This document shows positions 36,091 to 50,143 of a stretch of DNA of 64,000 nt, in pieces. The stretch is from Stegostoma tigrinum. Taxonomy: Eukaryota. The position numbers were made by a program, and so were the translations under genes. The number at the start of each line of letters is the position of its first letter. The stretch's first letter is position 1. The notes beneath the pieces were generated by a model. That model did no database searches. It saw nothing but the letters and a program-made list of their open reading frames with translations, and was not told the origin of the DNA. The DNA lies in the NCBI RefSeq assembly GCF_030684315.1, contig NC_081358.1, forward strand, positions 80,874,458 through 80,938,457, given 5' to 3'.

Positions 36091-38029
36091 CCACAACGTG
36101 AAGCTGCAGACCACTTCTGAGACCGTTCCTTTGGAAATAATGGTGGCTTAGTGAAATTAAATCAAGCAGGATACAGAGGTCACCAAACAACCACTGGAGC
36201 AGGTGAAAGCAAAATGATTTTTTTTAAAAAGTTGAAGATGCGGGACAGTTACTAGAGCAGGTTATGAAGGAAAAAATATACTGATTCAAAAATATTGAAA
36301 TTAATACATTTCAAAGAATACAGGACATAAAATCCAATGTTTCAAAATAGGCTGCTCAGTCTTGAGAAACAAAGTTGTAAATGCAAAACAGACTTACACA
36401 CTCAAAACAGGTGGAAGAATGAAGTGAGCAGGTGGCTAAGTTGTAGCAAAATTTGATTGTGGTGTATCCAGATAAGCATATTCTGGATTATCAACTTCAT
36501 TCCATGAAGAAAAACTTAACCACATAAACAGGAGAGACAGACAGTATCACTGACTAGGGAAAACAACAGCACCTCCAGATCTATCACCAAATTAAGTATA
36601 TGTCATAGCGACTCATAGGTTTGCATGTTATTGTAAATAGTTAAACCTTTCTCTTGGAAAGGAGGGAGATACTGTACGAGTATTTTGCCTTCGAGAGTTC
36701 ATCGTTTTAAGGGCTCCATGTGCTATGTGAACACAATTTGTGACTCTGTTTGGCATTCAGCCTGCTGTGGGTATACAAGATGTACATACAGAAACCTGAA
36801 ATGTCTGCTTCGCTACTTATAATGTGTTTTCCTGTTTTATATAAACTAACCCATGTATCTAATGAATCCCTTTCAAGTGATCGATTATTAGACTACTATC
36901 ATCAACAGGCCAGAGTAAACCATCAGCTGAATACACGGATAATTCGAAGTCGTAGATTGACCTTTTATGAGCCATGTATTATCTTGTCAAAATCTATAAG
37001 ATCACCTCTCAGTCCTATCTTACCAGCCCATTTTTCTCCAATATTTCCATGCAATGTAAAACTCTTATACCAGGAATCGGACTGTAATTTTTCTCCCCAT
37101 TGACTAACAATTGATTATCCACCTTTATTCTTAGTGAAAAATGCACACTGTGCCCAGTTTGATCTAGAAGCTTGGGTTGTTAGTTTCACTGGGTTATACT
37201 CCAAGATGTTTCAGGTTGTCAGTCTTCTTTCAATAGGTTTAGTAAATATGCTTGTTCGAGGGTCACTTGCTTGCTCTTATTAATAAAACATTACTGTAGC
37301 AAAGCATGGAAAATCTTGTACTTATTAGCAGAGACCTAATTGTAAAGTTATTCATGTAACATTTTTCAAGGGAATTTTTCTGCCTGATATCATCCTTAGA
37401 TCAGAAAACAATAATGTATCATCTTATTTGGCACTTCTGTGCACTTATTATTTTTCCCCATTGCATTGCCTGTTAGAAAAGATTACAGTAATTGAATTAA
37501 ATTCTCACAAAGAAGAGACAGTGACCTATTTTCAACATTCTTTGCCTGTATCCACTCAGCATTTAAGAATACTTAACAGTTCAGGGGTCACTGATGGCAA
37601 TGGCAGCTGTTAACCAGTGGCATTGGAGAATTCATCACAGAGAGGAATCCTCCTACTCACTTCCACACTCCCTGAAACCTAACACATTAATGATGCCTGC
37701 ATCTCCGAATACCGTCCCAGGGTCTGACACTTTTAATTCCACTCCATTACAAATTCACTACTTCACTGGTCAAAATGGCATCAAAGTTGCCCTTGGCTTG
37801 GACTGTTCTACATTACTATCTGCAAAAATAAATCTAAATGTGAATCCAAAAGTGTGTAAAACCTTAAAGCAAATAATGATAAGGGTAGGCTGTAAAAGTT
37901 ATTTTTTCCCTTTAGTTCAACATGTTAAATGGATTTGCAGGAAATGGTAACGGTGCAATGGATTCAATGTATTCACATTTGATCAATGCTACATTGAATC
38001 TCTGGGTGATGATTCACTGTGATCAGAAT

Positions 38030-38380
38030 TTTAACTCATTCATGGGATGTGGATGTTGCTGTCTAGGCCAAAATTTATTGTGCATCCATAATTGCACAGA
38101 GGACAGTTGACAGTCAACCACATATTGCTGGGGGCCTGCAGTCACATGGAGACCAGACTAGGTAAGGATGGCAGTTTCCTCTCTAAAGAAGTATTAGTGA
38201 GCCACATGGCTTTTTTTTCAACAATCCTTTTATGGCCATCGTGAGACTCTTGATTCCAGATTTTTCCTTTATTGAGCTCAAATTCTACCACCTGCCATGG
38301 TAGGATTCGAACCACAGCTCCCAGAACATTATCTGGGTCTCTGGATAAACAGTTCAGTGATAATACCACTAGGCTGTTGC
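38030..38380 (-). mobile_element. tRNA-derived SINE, same family as 22610-22950
   Basis: A-box-like gcctagtgg (38366-38374), B box GGTTCGAATCC (38303-38313), LINE-type tail cccatgaatgag. Confidence 0.8.
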
Positions 38381-38407
38381 TTAGTGTCCATTGCCTATCA
38401 ACAAAAA

Positions 38408-39085
38408 GGGGGCAAATCCTATGTTGATCTGTTTCTGATTGGCAATTTCTAAATTCTGTTTCTGATCGGCAGGAGTGCATCTTCCCCAAGACCAAGGACC
38501 CCAAGTGTAAAGCAACAAAGCGGAGATGGTGGCTGCTCAATTCCAAATTGGAGCTGACGATCATCCTTACTGATGGATCAGGGACTGAGTGTCTTTGAAC
38601 AAAGGATTCCAGATTCCAGGACTGTGATAGTAGGAGTGGTGTGTTCATGAGGGTCATGGGAGTGGTTCCTGGGTAAAAAGAGGATGTGACTTTCAGGATT
38701 ATTCCCCTTTCCCACTGATGAGCCCCTTGATTAGGCATTGAGGGCCTTTATACAAGGGGCTCCAAGTGGGGTCCACAGGCTATGCCCCATAATATTCCTA
38801 GTCCTGCTTCTTGCAAGGGAAGCCGTCCCATCTGCAGCTGGGTAATGGCAACAAGCTGGTGAATGAGCCTGTAAGTGGTTTTCAAGTGGGCATTAATTGC
38901 CATTTAAGAGCTTCAACTTATACCTGAGCAGAAAGACTTTCAGCATCAGATTCAACTGAGTTGGAGACAGGAAGGCAGAGCTCAGTAATAGAACAGTACA
39001 GCACAGAACAAGCCCTTCAGCCAACAATGTAATCTCTTGTCTGATTAAATATCCACCCGCCACAGGGGAAGGGCATTACATTCCC
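38408..39085. mobile_element. Possible non-autonomous Harbinger-like (MITE-like) remnant
   Basis: GC-richer island with ggggcaaatcc start and an internal aagtgg..ttaattgccatttaag motif; termini decayed. Confidence 0.3.
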
Positions 39086-39749
39086 TGTATTAAATCTGTT
39101 TCTCTCTTCACAGTTACTTTCAGACAGCTGAGCTTTGCAGTATTCTCTGCTCTATTTTAGATTTCCAGCAACTGTATGATTTTGTTTTTCTTTTGAATTC
39201 CACCTATCCTCAGTGGTTTTAAGTCATCCTCTCTCAGCACTATGGCCACTTTCATGCACTAGTGACGAAATCCAGGAATTAAAATTATTTTGAGAAACTC
39301 TATTGGGATCAGAAATTCACATGCAACCACAAGACCTTCCACTTTTTCCACCTGCTCTCACCACTCAAAATCTGGCTCAGTGTTCACAGTGCTCGAGAGC
39401 ACGCAAATTATTTGTGCCTGCAGTAAATGCAATCAAAGACACCTCTATTGTGTTGTGAAAGATTGTGCAGTATATCTCCTCTTGTTTTGTTGCTAAGTGA
39501 CAAAAAACTGTTAAATTTGATAGTGCCCAACTGTGAGCTAGCAGGACCTCCTCAATCTTCCCCATTCAGAAGATCAGAGACATTGAGGTTTTTCATTATC
39601 TCACAAACTGTTGGAAAAATGGCTTATCAATTCTTTATCATCACTTTTTAAATGTAGTAAAAATTCACCTCCAACACGCATTGTACATCGTTCTCAAATG
39701 CACACTTCACAATACATTGGTCACACTTTTATTGTATATTGTTGAGGAG

Positions 39750-40000
39750 AAAAATTTAAACTGGACCTATGGGGCTACTTTTTCACCCGGAAGGTGGTGT
39801 GTATATGAAATGAGTTGTCAGAGGAGGTAGTGGAGGTTGGTACAATTACAACATCTAAAGGGAATCTGGATGGATATCTGAATAGGAAGGATTTAGAGGG
39901 ATATGGGCCCAAATGCTGGCAAATGGGAATAGGTTAATTTAAGATAACTGGTTGGACGAGTTGAATTGAAGGTCTCATTCTGTGCTGTATGATTCTGTGA
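39750..40000 (+). mobile_element. CR1 3' fragment
   Basis: FFTRKVV-type coding end plus ctgtgctgtatgattctgtgact tail. Confidence 0.7.
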
Positions 40001-41739
40001 CTATTTTACACTACACTTGTATTTTACTGTGAAAATATAAGCAAAGGCATTTTATGCACCTAAGTATCTATCTTTCCCTGTGCATTCGTATTATCTACAT
40101 CCTGTTATTTGTTCTGATATTAACTTCAAGGCGATTTAGAAAGCACATGTTGAGGATGACCTTGCTGTTCCTGACCACTCTCCAAATTAGGTTGTTGCTG
40201 AAACACAGTGCACAGCTTGAAGTAAACACTGTTTAATGAAAAAAAAATGAGCTTTCTCACAGCTTGAAATGATTCCACTTTACGAACCTAGGCCAAATTT
40301 GCTGCCTGCAGCAAGCCTCCTAATTCCTTGTGACGTCTGTAACAAAGCATCATTTTATTAGTTACTCGAATGCAAGTATTGTCACTTCTACTTGTAATGA
40401 CAAGAAGTATTGCTTCTTTATCATGATCCCCATATCCACAATCAGGAAACAGAACCTTTGAGTCAAAACCAATGTGTAATGCAATCTATTACAGAACATA
40501 AGACATTTTATTTCTAAATCCAAAATGAAAGGAAGGCAACCAAATAGGGTAGGAAAGCATAAAGGTGTCAGAAAAGATTGCAACTGAGTTATTGTTTTTG
40601 ACAGACATAACACAACTAAAGATGGCAAAAATTAAGTAAATGAAATGGATTAATAAAACGAAAAGCAAAGGAGACAGTTGTTAGAGTTTCATGCTCTGAA
40701 GTTTAATTGATGAGACTGTAGAATGTGTACCTATTGAGTGAGCTTGCATATTTATCCCTATTATTGTACGTGCCAATGTAAATATTCAATTTTTCATTTT
40801 CCTGGAGAGTTTTATTCTCATTAAAGCTAAAGATTGTCAGAATTTTTTGACCATTGTCGGTGCTCATTGTTCAGTTACAGATCAGGTCAGATGCAGTGCA
40901 AAGTTTCTCTCATTGCCAACAGTCTCAGAGGATATTCCTAAGTGCAGAAATATTAACTCACTTTGGAGAGATAAAAGGAAATGTCATAACTAATACACAT
41001 TGAACATTAATTCCATTTAGAACGATTAATTCTGTTCCAATTAAATTTAGTTTGATATGTCAAGATAACTAAGTGGGTAAGATTAGCTCTTATCTTGGAT
41101 CAAAATTTCATCGGATAGCTTTCTTCTTGAAGTCAATTATACTTTCCTTACATTGATAGCTTTTGTGCCAATTAGATACTGGGAGAATGGGAAACTGAAT
41201 GAATACGCTAAGGCATGTGTATTCTGAAATTCAGCTTATCCTGTGAGAAAGCATTTTCCTCATAAATCTGTCCTTTGTTAAGGTAGTAGCTATTACTTCT
41301 AAATTTGCTCACTTGAAGAAAACCCTTTCCACATGTATCCTGTCAAGGCTCATCAGGATCTTTTATCTTTTAATTGAACCAACTCTTAATCTTCTGAGCT
41401 CCAGCAGATACAAACTTAACCTAACCAATCTCTCCTCATAATCAAACTGTTGGCAGATCTTTCAACAAAAAAAAAATTGGAATTATGTTTGGAGTTCTTT
41501 GAAGAAATATGTCCTGTGGGTAAAGGGGTACTAGGACTTAACTGCACTTAGTCTTTTTGAAAGAAAGTTGTTAAACTGTCACTTGAAATGGATGTCTACT
41601 TGGATAGAAATTGTATACAGAGATGTGAGGAAAAAGCAAGAGATTGACACCAGTGCAGCCACAATGGGCCGAATGGCTGCCTACGGCACAGTAACATTTT
41701 TGCAAAAGTTAAGTCTAAAAGAGTAAGAGCTGGTTCAAT

Positions 41740-42055
41740 TAAAAGATACAAGATCCTGAAGAGTCTTGACAGGCTGAATGTAGAAAGGATGTTTCCACAT
41801 GTGAGACAATTTAAAACTGATGATTGCCAAATTAATGGAAAAATTTAAGAGGAAAATATTTTCTCACAGGACATTGGGAATATTTGGATCTCTCTTCCTC
41901 AAAAGTGGGTGGAAGCAGACTCTTTGAATGTAATTAAAGCAGAGACAGATTTCTTGGTGGGTGGGAAAGTGCAGTAATCAGATAGGACATGATTTTATTG
42001 AATAGCGAATAGGCTTGATGGATCCTGTAACCTGCTCCTAATTGGTATGTTCATA
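41740..42055 (+). mobile_element. Old CR1 3' fragment
   Basis: YKILKSLDRLNVERMFP followed by a CR1-type 3' UTR. Confidence 0.6.
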
Positions 42056-42468
42056 TTTGTCACATACTTATATGATAGGCCAAATTCAGAAGTGATGCAT
42101 TGTGAATGATAATACATCTGGATCATGTTTCTGTTATTCCAGTCAATACATTTAAGTGTTTGATTCATGAACTGGAAATGTGTTAAATTTAGCACTGTTG
42201 ATGGACTTACATCAAAGCGATGTAGTTCTTTGACATGGTGGCTTACAACCATGTCACCAAGGACAATTAAGGATGAGCAATAAATGGACCTGACTTTGAA
42301 CTTTCACATCTCAAGAACGAATAAAGGAAAGACTGACACAGCAAGTTCAAAGATCCAAATGCTCTACCCCTGCTTCTAGCCCTTAGATTCTATTGTTCTA
42401 AAATATTTGCAACTACCTTGAAGGTCTTAGAATGAGCATGCAAAATCCTCAGTATGTTTTCCTAATTT

Positions 42469-43128
42469 ATAGAACATAGAACATAGAACAGTACAGCACA
42501 GAACAGGCCCGTCAGCCCACGATGTTATGCTGACCATTGATCCTCATGTATGCACCCTCAAATTTCTGTGACCATATGCATGTCCAGCAGTCTCTTAAAT
42601 GACCCCAATGACCTTGCTTTCACAACTGCTGCTGGAAACGCATTCCATGCTCTCACAACTCTCTCTGTAAAGAACCCGCCTCTGACATCCCCTCTATACT
42701 TTCCTCCAACCAGCTTAAAACTATGACCCCTCGTGCTAGCCATTTCTGCCCTGGGAAATAGTCTCTGGCTATCAACTCTATCTATGCCTCTCATTATCTT
42801 GTATACCTTAATTAGGTCCCCTCTCCTCCTCCTTTTCTCCAATGAAAAAAGTCCGAGCCCAGTCAACCTCTCTTCATAAAATAAGCCCTCCAGTCCAGGC
42901 AGCATCCTGGTAAACCTCCTCTGAACCCTCTCCAAAGCATCCACATCTTTCCTATAATAGAGTGACCAGAACTGGACGCAGTATTCCAAGTGCGGTCTAA
43001 CCAAAGTTTTATAGAGCTGCAACAAGATCTCACGACTCTTAAACTCAATCCCCCTGTTAATGAAAGCCAAAACACCATATGCTTTCTTAACAACCCTGTC
43101 CACTTGGGTGGCCATTTTAAGGGATCTA
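42469..43128 (-). mobile_element. Young 5'-truncated CR1 3' end
   Basis: Open ORF 42558..43115 (LYKTLVRPHLEYCVQFW...FFTERVVRAWN) and (tgttcta)n tail. Confidence 0.93.
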
Positions 43129-43309
43129 CCATTAGAAAAAAGTTATTATTATTTATTCTGTTCCAACTCTTCATGGACACAACTCGTATACCACATTGCA
43201 TTGAAAATTCATTTTGCAATATTTGAATATTTATATCCACATAAATGTATTAACTGATTTCTGGTAAAATTCAGTTGAATTTTGATTTCCTTTCTTGTTT
43301 ATATCACTG

Positions 43310-44630
43310 CTCCTCCAGTGTCGCTGAGCCAAAAGCCTGGAAATCCCCCCCAGATTGTGGGTTTACCTCCAGCACCTGGACTGCAGCAGTCCAAGAAGGC
43401 AGCTGACTGTCACCTTCTCATGGGCAATTGGGGATGAGCAACAAATGCTGGCCCAGTCAGCGTTACCCATGCTCCGGAGAGAATAGAAAAAATATTAGAA
43501 TGGTATGTGGCTTAGAAGGAAACTTACAGATGATGGTGTTCCTTTGTATCTACTGTCCTTGTCCTTCTACATGGAAGTGGATGTGGGTTGTAAGTGGCTT
43601 TAAGTTGACACATAATGCCCTTAGGGAGAGAATTCCAGGATTCTGACAACCAACAGTGAAGAAATGGTGATATATTTCCAAGTCAGGGTGGTGATTGATT
43701 TGAAGGGGATCTTGCAGATGGTGGCATTCCCATTTATCTGCTGCCCTTGTCCTTGTAGATGGAAGTGGTCATGGGTTTGGAAGGTGCTGTCAATGGAACT
43801 TTGGTGAATTTCTGCAGGTTATCTTGTAGATAGTGTGCAATGCTGCTCCTAAGCATCATTAATGGAGGGAATGGATGAGGTGCTAATCAATTAGGCTGCT
43901 TTGTCCTGAATAGAGTCTTGGTTCTTGAGTGTTGTTAGGAGTTGCAAGTGGGGAGTATTCCATCGCACTCCTGACTTGTGCCTTGTAGATGAAGAACAGG
44001 CTCTGGGAGTCAGGAGCTCAGTTACTTGCTGCAGTAGCCTTAGCCTCTGCCCTACTCTTGTAGCAACTATGTTTATATGGCAGGTCCAGTTGAGTTTCTG
44101 CTCAATGGTAACCCCAAAGATATTGATTGTGGGGGATTCAGTGATGATAACAACACTGAATGTCAAGGAGGGGTGTGTAGATTGTTTCTTTTCGGTGATG
44201 GGTCATAGCTTGTCCTTTGTCCTTTGTGTGTCATAAATGTCACTTGCTATCTTCAGCACAGACCTTGACATCTTCCAGACCTTGAGGCACTTGAAAATGG
44301 ACTGGTTCAGTATCTGAGGACTCATGAACAGTGCTGAACATTTACAATCATCAGTGAACATCCTACTTCTGACCTAATGACACGGGGAAGGTCATTAATG
44401 GAGTAGCTGAAGATGGTTGGGTTAGGAGGCTGCTGTGAGGAACTTCTGCAGAGTTTTCTGGGGCTGAGATGTCTGTCCTCCAACAACCATGAACATCTTT
44501 CTATATGCCAGAAATGACCCCATGAGAGTTTTGTCCCTTGATGCCCATTGATTCCAGTTTTTCTAGTGCTCCTTGATGCCACAGTCAGTTAATGCTGTTT
44601 ATGGCTGTCACTCTTACTTCACCTCTTGCC
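43310..44630 (-). mobile_element. CR1/L2-group LINE 3' part (43490-44630, -) next to a short + strand 3' end (43310-43485)
   Basis: ORF 43891..44166 ESPTINIFGVTIEQKLNW..IQDKAA; PTIFSYSINDLP in ORF 44322..44582. Confidence 0.75.
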
Positions 44631-44631
44631 A

Positions 44632-45290
44632 AGTAATGGAGTCATCAGTCACATTCGCTCTTATAGTCTATATCCCCAGTAACCATCGTTGTGAGACATC
44701 TAGCCCTTTAAATGCAGCAGGAATGAAAGAGTTCTCAAAGGTATGGGCATCAAAGCAGCTTATGGGTGTATACTTCTAAGTAACGGTTTCAATGAATACA
44801 GATGATTTGCTCATTGATAGAATGGAGCATTTTACTATTGGTAAACTTAGCTGCATTATGAAATGATCAGTTCATTTACATTTGTAAACAATGTATGTCT
44901 ATTATGCTCTGTATCTGTGGACAATCAGCTATGTTGCGGAGTCCTACTGCTTGCACTGACCCCATCAGGGTGAAGCAGTGTGATCTGTCACAATCAGTGA
45001 CGGCCTTAATGCATTTGTCTGTGGGTAATTGAGAAATTCCACACAGGTCCCATTGACTCCTTGAAAGGAGCCAGACACAAAATTCAACACAGCTGTCAAC
45101 TTGACAGTGACTAGGATAGGACGTTCATCCACTCCTTCATATCACAGGTCCCATTCCAGCAGTTGGCATAGTTTAGTGATAAAGTCATCCACAGTTTGTG
45201 TTGACACTGTGCCTTGCTCATCCAGAGAAAGTGGTAGAGAAAGTGCTTCCAATATCTATTCCATATCCTGATGGAACCTTCAGTTGCCAC
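44632..45290 (-). pseudogene. Second Harbinger transposase pseudogene
   Basis: ITKLCQLLEWDL, VTVKLTAVLNFVSGSFQG, DLCGISQ..DKCIKAVTD, IADCPQIQSIID, HSINEQIIC, SCFDAHTFENS, WLLG..*LMTP. Confidence 0.85.
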
Positions 45291-46847
45291 CTTTTCATGT
45301 GCAGGTTGTAGCTGGCCCTGGGCTAGCACATCAGTTCCACCACTATCTCCCTGTGCTTTTGTTGCACTGCAGAAGTGGTAATGATTGCACATCCTATGGC
45401 TGGACCCATCAGTCATGCTTTGCAGTCAATCTGTTTGGGGAACATAAGAAACATAACAGGCCCTTAGTAATGAGAGCAGTCAGCATTAACAACACTCCTA
45501 AATCACAAATGATGTTGCTCCATTCAATGAGACATGGGGCACTCTGACAAGAAGAGCCATGGAGTGCCTCTGCATAATACCTTTGTATTGGACCTTATTC
45601 TGAGGAATGCAGCAGTAGTCATGTCCCAAAGCGACAGTCGGAGATGGTAAATGCTGTATGATACTGACATCTTGTCCTCCCATCCTCTCATTACCCAAAA
45701 AGGCATTTTCGCATTCTAGAACATGTTGCATTTTCGTACACTTCAACTAAATCACAAGGAAATCCATGGGCCCATGCAGGCAGTGAGGATTTGTAATTTC
45801 TTGTAGTTTATGGCCTGCAGGAGTAACTTTTAAGATTGCCTGGGATTATTTCACTGAGATGACTGTCTTTAATCTGCAATAATCAATGACGTGGTCAAAT
45901 TGCTTATGACCAGTATTTGTAGCTCACCAGCATTGGACAAGGCAAACATTTTACATGCGTGATTGCTGTGAATGCCCCTTTGATGGGCTTCCCATGGCTT
46001 AGAAGTGGAGCCTTTGTGTGGGACAGCAAACAAAAAGGCTGAGTATTTCCACTCCAGGTGAGGTTCATAGCCATTTTCCATTTTTGTGTCACATTTAGGA
46101 ATTGAGAGGTTATGTGAGGCATGCAGTTCATATTGGGAATCTTGAGTCCCATGCTTAGGTTGGGCATCAAGATCCCCCTGAACTGAATCTCTAAGTCCCT
46201 TTCTACCTCATAATCCCTGTTCAGCCCATTACTACTGATCTCCCGCATGGTTCCTCACCCGGTTCTGACTATAACTCTCAGCTTTACTTCTTGAACCTTA
46301 TCCCTATACTTTACTTCTATTTAGAGTCATTACTCATACTCCCCTATCAAGGCCACTATGGTGGTGACCACCAAAAACCACATCTCCTGCAGCATTTTAT
46401 GTCTTCCCATATACTAATGTACCTTCCTCCACAAAACATCCTTCCAGCACAGTGCAATATAAAGTACCTGTACACTCCAATGAATTAAAGAACAGAAGCA
46501 TATGTAAGCGGATTAGGCCTATGCCACAATGATGTTGGACACCAAGCCCTGTGGACATAAGAGTGCATGTGGTCATGCCCATGGAGCTTGCCCTGAAACA
46601 TTGACGAGAAGTGTCCAAGTTGAGGCTGGAGGAGCAAGTGATGAGCTTGAGTCACCAGGTAGCAGTTGCGATTTTCATGTTCGGAATTTTTGGGGGCTAA
46701 TTTCTATCTGGCAGATGGGAGAATGGAAGTCTGCATATTAATGAGATGAAATTGAGTAATAACGAGGAGGATAATGAGTAATCCATGTTAATAGCATCTT
46801 ACTGCTCCCTGGTAAGAATCCCATTTCCACATCCAACACTTAGAAAT

Positions 46848-47135
46848 ATAGAATCCCTACAGTGTGGAAGCAGGCCATTCAGCTCAAAATCCACACTGAC
46901 CTTCTGAAAAGCATCGCACCCAGACCCACTCAACCCTACCCTACCCCTGTAACCCTGCATTTCCTATGACTAAACTATCTAGCCTGCAGATCCCTGGACA
47001 CTATGGGTAATTTAGCATGGCCAATCCACCTAACCAGCATATCTCTGGACAGAGGGAGGAAACTGAAGCAATTAGAAGAAACTCATCCAGACAAGGGAAG
47101 AATGAGCAAAATCCACACAGACAGTCCCCGCAGGG
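46848..47135 (-). mobile_element. 5'-truncated HE1-type V-SINE
   Basis: Matches the tail and V-core of 33755-34000. Confidence 0.8.
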
Positions 47136-47577
47136 GGGAAAATGCAACTTTTTGTTCTTGAAGCTGAGAAGAGACTCACTGCACACATTACATAATGTTC
47201 ACACATTTCTCACAGTTCACATCATTCAGTGGATGGTCCGCCTGATATTTCCTTCTTGTTTTTTTTTTGCACTGTTGGCAGCTTTCTCCAATATAAACAA
47301 TTACCTGTACAAATTACAGACACCTGAGCCTAAATCACTTATGGTCCCTAACAGCATTGGACTGACCTAGTCTCTTTCCCTGGAAGGTGGCAGTGGTACA
47401 GGCTGCTGTACTCACTTCACACAAGCTTGATAATAGATCCGATACCAGAATTCCAAATTTGCACAACGTATATAGTGGGCACTGCCCACTCCCGAAAAGC
47501 GAGATGTGAAGCAGCAACATTGGTCTTCTCATTAAAAGTGCAGCCACCCTAATGCCAGCTGCACAACGTTACAATGT

Positions 47578-48085
47578 AATAGAGTCATGCAGAATGGAAA
47601 CAGACCCTTCGGTCCAACCAGTCCATGCTGACCATGTTCCCAAACTAAAATAGTCACACCTGCCTTGGCTTTGTCCACATCCCTCCAAACCTTTTCTATT
47701 CATGAACTTATCCAAATGTCTTTTAAACATTATAATTGTTCCTATATTCACCACTTTCTCTGGCCGTTCATTCCACCTGTAAACCGCTGCCAGCGTAAAA
47801 ACGTTGTTCTCGTGTCCTTTTTATGTCTTTCTCCTCTCACCTTAAAAATATGTCCCCAGTTTGGAAATCTCCCATCCCTGGGGAAAGACACTTGCTGTTC
47901 ACCTTATCTATGCCTCTCATGATTTTACAAACCTCAATAAGGTCACCCCTCAACCTCCTACTTTCCGCTGAAAGAAGTCCCAATCTTTCCAGTCTATTTT
48001 TAGATTTCAAACCCTCAAGTCCTGATAACATCCTGGTAAATCTTATCTGAACCCTCTCCAGTTTATAACATCCTTCCTACAACAG
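47578..48085 (-). mobile_element. CR1 3' fragment
   Basis: RLERLGLLSAESRRLRGDLIEVCKIMRGIDKV plus 3' UTR. Confidence 0.88.
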
Positions 48086-48796
48086 GACAGCCTATAACCT
48101 ATAACTTAGACATTACACCTGTTAAGGTGGCCAGCAACCTTGATAAAATTACTAATGATCTTGTGATCTGTATCTTAATTCAGTTATATGCCTCATGAAT
48201 TGGTGCACAAGATCAACCCAAGGTTATGGCAGTGCAAAATATAACAAAATTCATCATTGAGGAGTGACATTGTAGCACAATTTATTGAAGCTAATAAGTG
48301 TAAATAAGCTAGGTGTTATCTTGATTTCATGGTGCTATTAGTTTGTTTTGCATTTGAATTGTTAAAATGGAATTCAAAATGGACAAAAGAAAACACCTTT
48401 ACAAAATATTTTCAAAGTTGCCTTTATATGAGAACATATCCATGCCATTTCCATAAACACAAAATCACCTTTTATCTCTATCACAAGGGCTTGATTTTGG
48501 TTTAAAGTTTACATAGCTGGGCTGATTATTAACTGCGGCAATGTATTCAGGGATTTTTCTCAAACAATCTTAAAATCGTAGCATGTTCTGATCCTGCATC
48601 AGAAATATTGCAAAATTGTACCTTCAGGATGTGGAAAATAGCACAATAACTCAAGTAAATATCGCTTGAATAATTTGGAATTTAAATGCTCCCATCTTTT
48701 TGATACATAGCTCAATAAGGATACGCAATGACATATGGCACTCAAACGATCTGTAACTGAAATTACAAAATCAAATGTGAGCCACATTTTTATAGA

Positions 48797-49005
48797 CTAA
48801 AAGCAGAAAATGTTGAAAACGCTCAGCAGGGCAGGGAGCATCTATGTAGATTCAATGGTAGGATTATATTTTTCCAATGAACAATCATCAACGTGAAACT
48901 TTAATTTTACAATCTTCTCTCCAGAAATGTTACCTAAATTGCCAGGTATTTCCAACTTTTCCAGGTTTTATTTCAGATTTCAAGCATGCCGTATTTTGCT
49001 TTCTG
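48797..49005. mobile_element. Old Penelope-terminus fold-back element
   Basis: aaaagcagaaaatgttgaaaacgctcagcagg versus the inverted atttccaac...gtattttgctttc. Confidence 0.55.
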
Positions 49006-49517
49006 TGTTGGTTACATAAGTTTGACTTTGCTTTTTTTTTAGTCTAGCTTGTGCTGTGTAGTGGAAAGTGTTCTAAGTAAGTTTGTGCAGTTCATTGACA
49101 ATTTTTAAAAAATGGTGCTCTTTATGGGGTTTGAGAGATGATGGGAAACAACAGTTGGAGAATCCAATTCTTGTTCCCAAGTGATATAGTATTTATCCAA
49201 CCTTCATACAATCGAATTTGTTTATATTGGGAATAGCCAACAGTTTAAGCACCAGTTCAGTTTAATAGATATTCATCTAACCTCTGAGAGCCTAATAAGG
49301 TACTCGTCTGTGGCTTTACAGCAGAATTGCAAACATTTGGTCATTTTTCAGGCAAATTCATACAGTTATTTTAATCAATATGTTTGGACATGTTGTGGCT
49401 CACATCCAGAACAAGTAAGACTTGAATGCAGATCTCTTGACCCAGAGATGGGGGCATGCCACTGCACCTCAAGACCCCATTAAGAATTGCTGGATACTTT
49501 GTCACTGGATTATACAC

Positions 49518-50143
49518 TGACATGGACCAGGCCAAACTCCCTTAGAATATATTAAGGAGATAGCCTAGAACCTAACTTTTCTTATTTTAAAGGAAAGTGC
49601 CAGATGTTGCTTTCAAGATGCAATTCAATTGGTCAAACCAACAACCTTGATGCAAAATACCCTTTATTCATACACAATAATTAAAATAAAACAAAAGACT
49701 GAATAAATTGGAATAACTTAACTCTATTGGTAATTTTAACAGAACAACAGATCATTGAACTACTAAATAGTAACCGTTACAGCAGAGAAACACCCCCTTG
49801 GCAAAGGAAGCTTCGGTAAAATATGTTGTCTCACATGTAATTCTCCAATCAAGAAGGAAAGTCATCTCTGAAAGACAGAGAGGAGCAGGGAGAGATGTAC
49901 TATACCTTCCAAACCCAGCTTCCTGACCCCATCAACTGCTACTAAAATGAAAGATCCTGGTTCTTTGGGTGCTTGAACCCAACCATTCAAGTTGCTTCTA
50001 TTCTTCCAACTTTAAAAAGAAACCCAAGGTCTCACAAGCTATTTACTTTATTGTATTCAAATAGACAAATTCTCACCTCTGTCTTAAAATGTCTCTTCAA
50101 AAAAAAGACACAATACTCCTCTTAAAGCCATAGTATCGTCATA
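49518..50143 (-). mobile_element. Solo LTR-like element, about 626 bp
   Basis: Ends TGACATGG and CGTCATA (TG..CA type, one end mutated); flanks ATACAC (49512-49517) and ATACAT (50144-50149). Confidence 0.55.

Noticed and set aside
36750-37950. ORFs of 117-118 aa as genes
   Set aside because: No domain similarity and composition consistent with chance ORFs.
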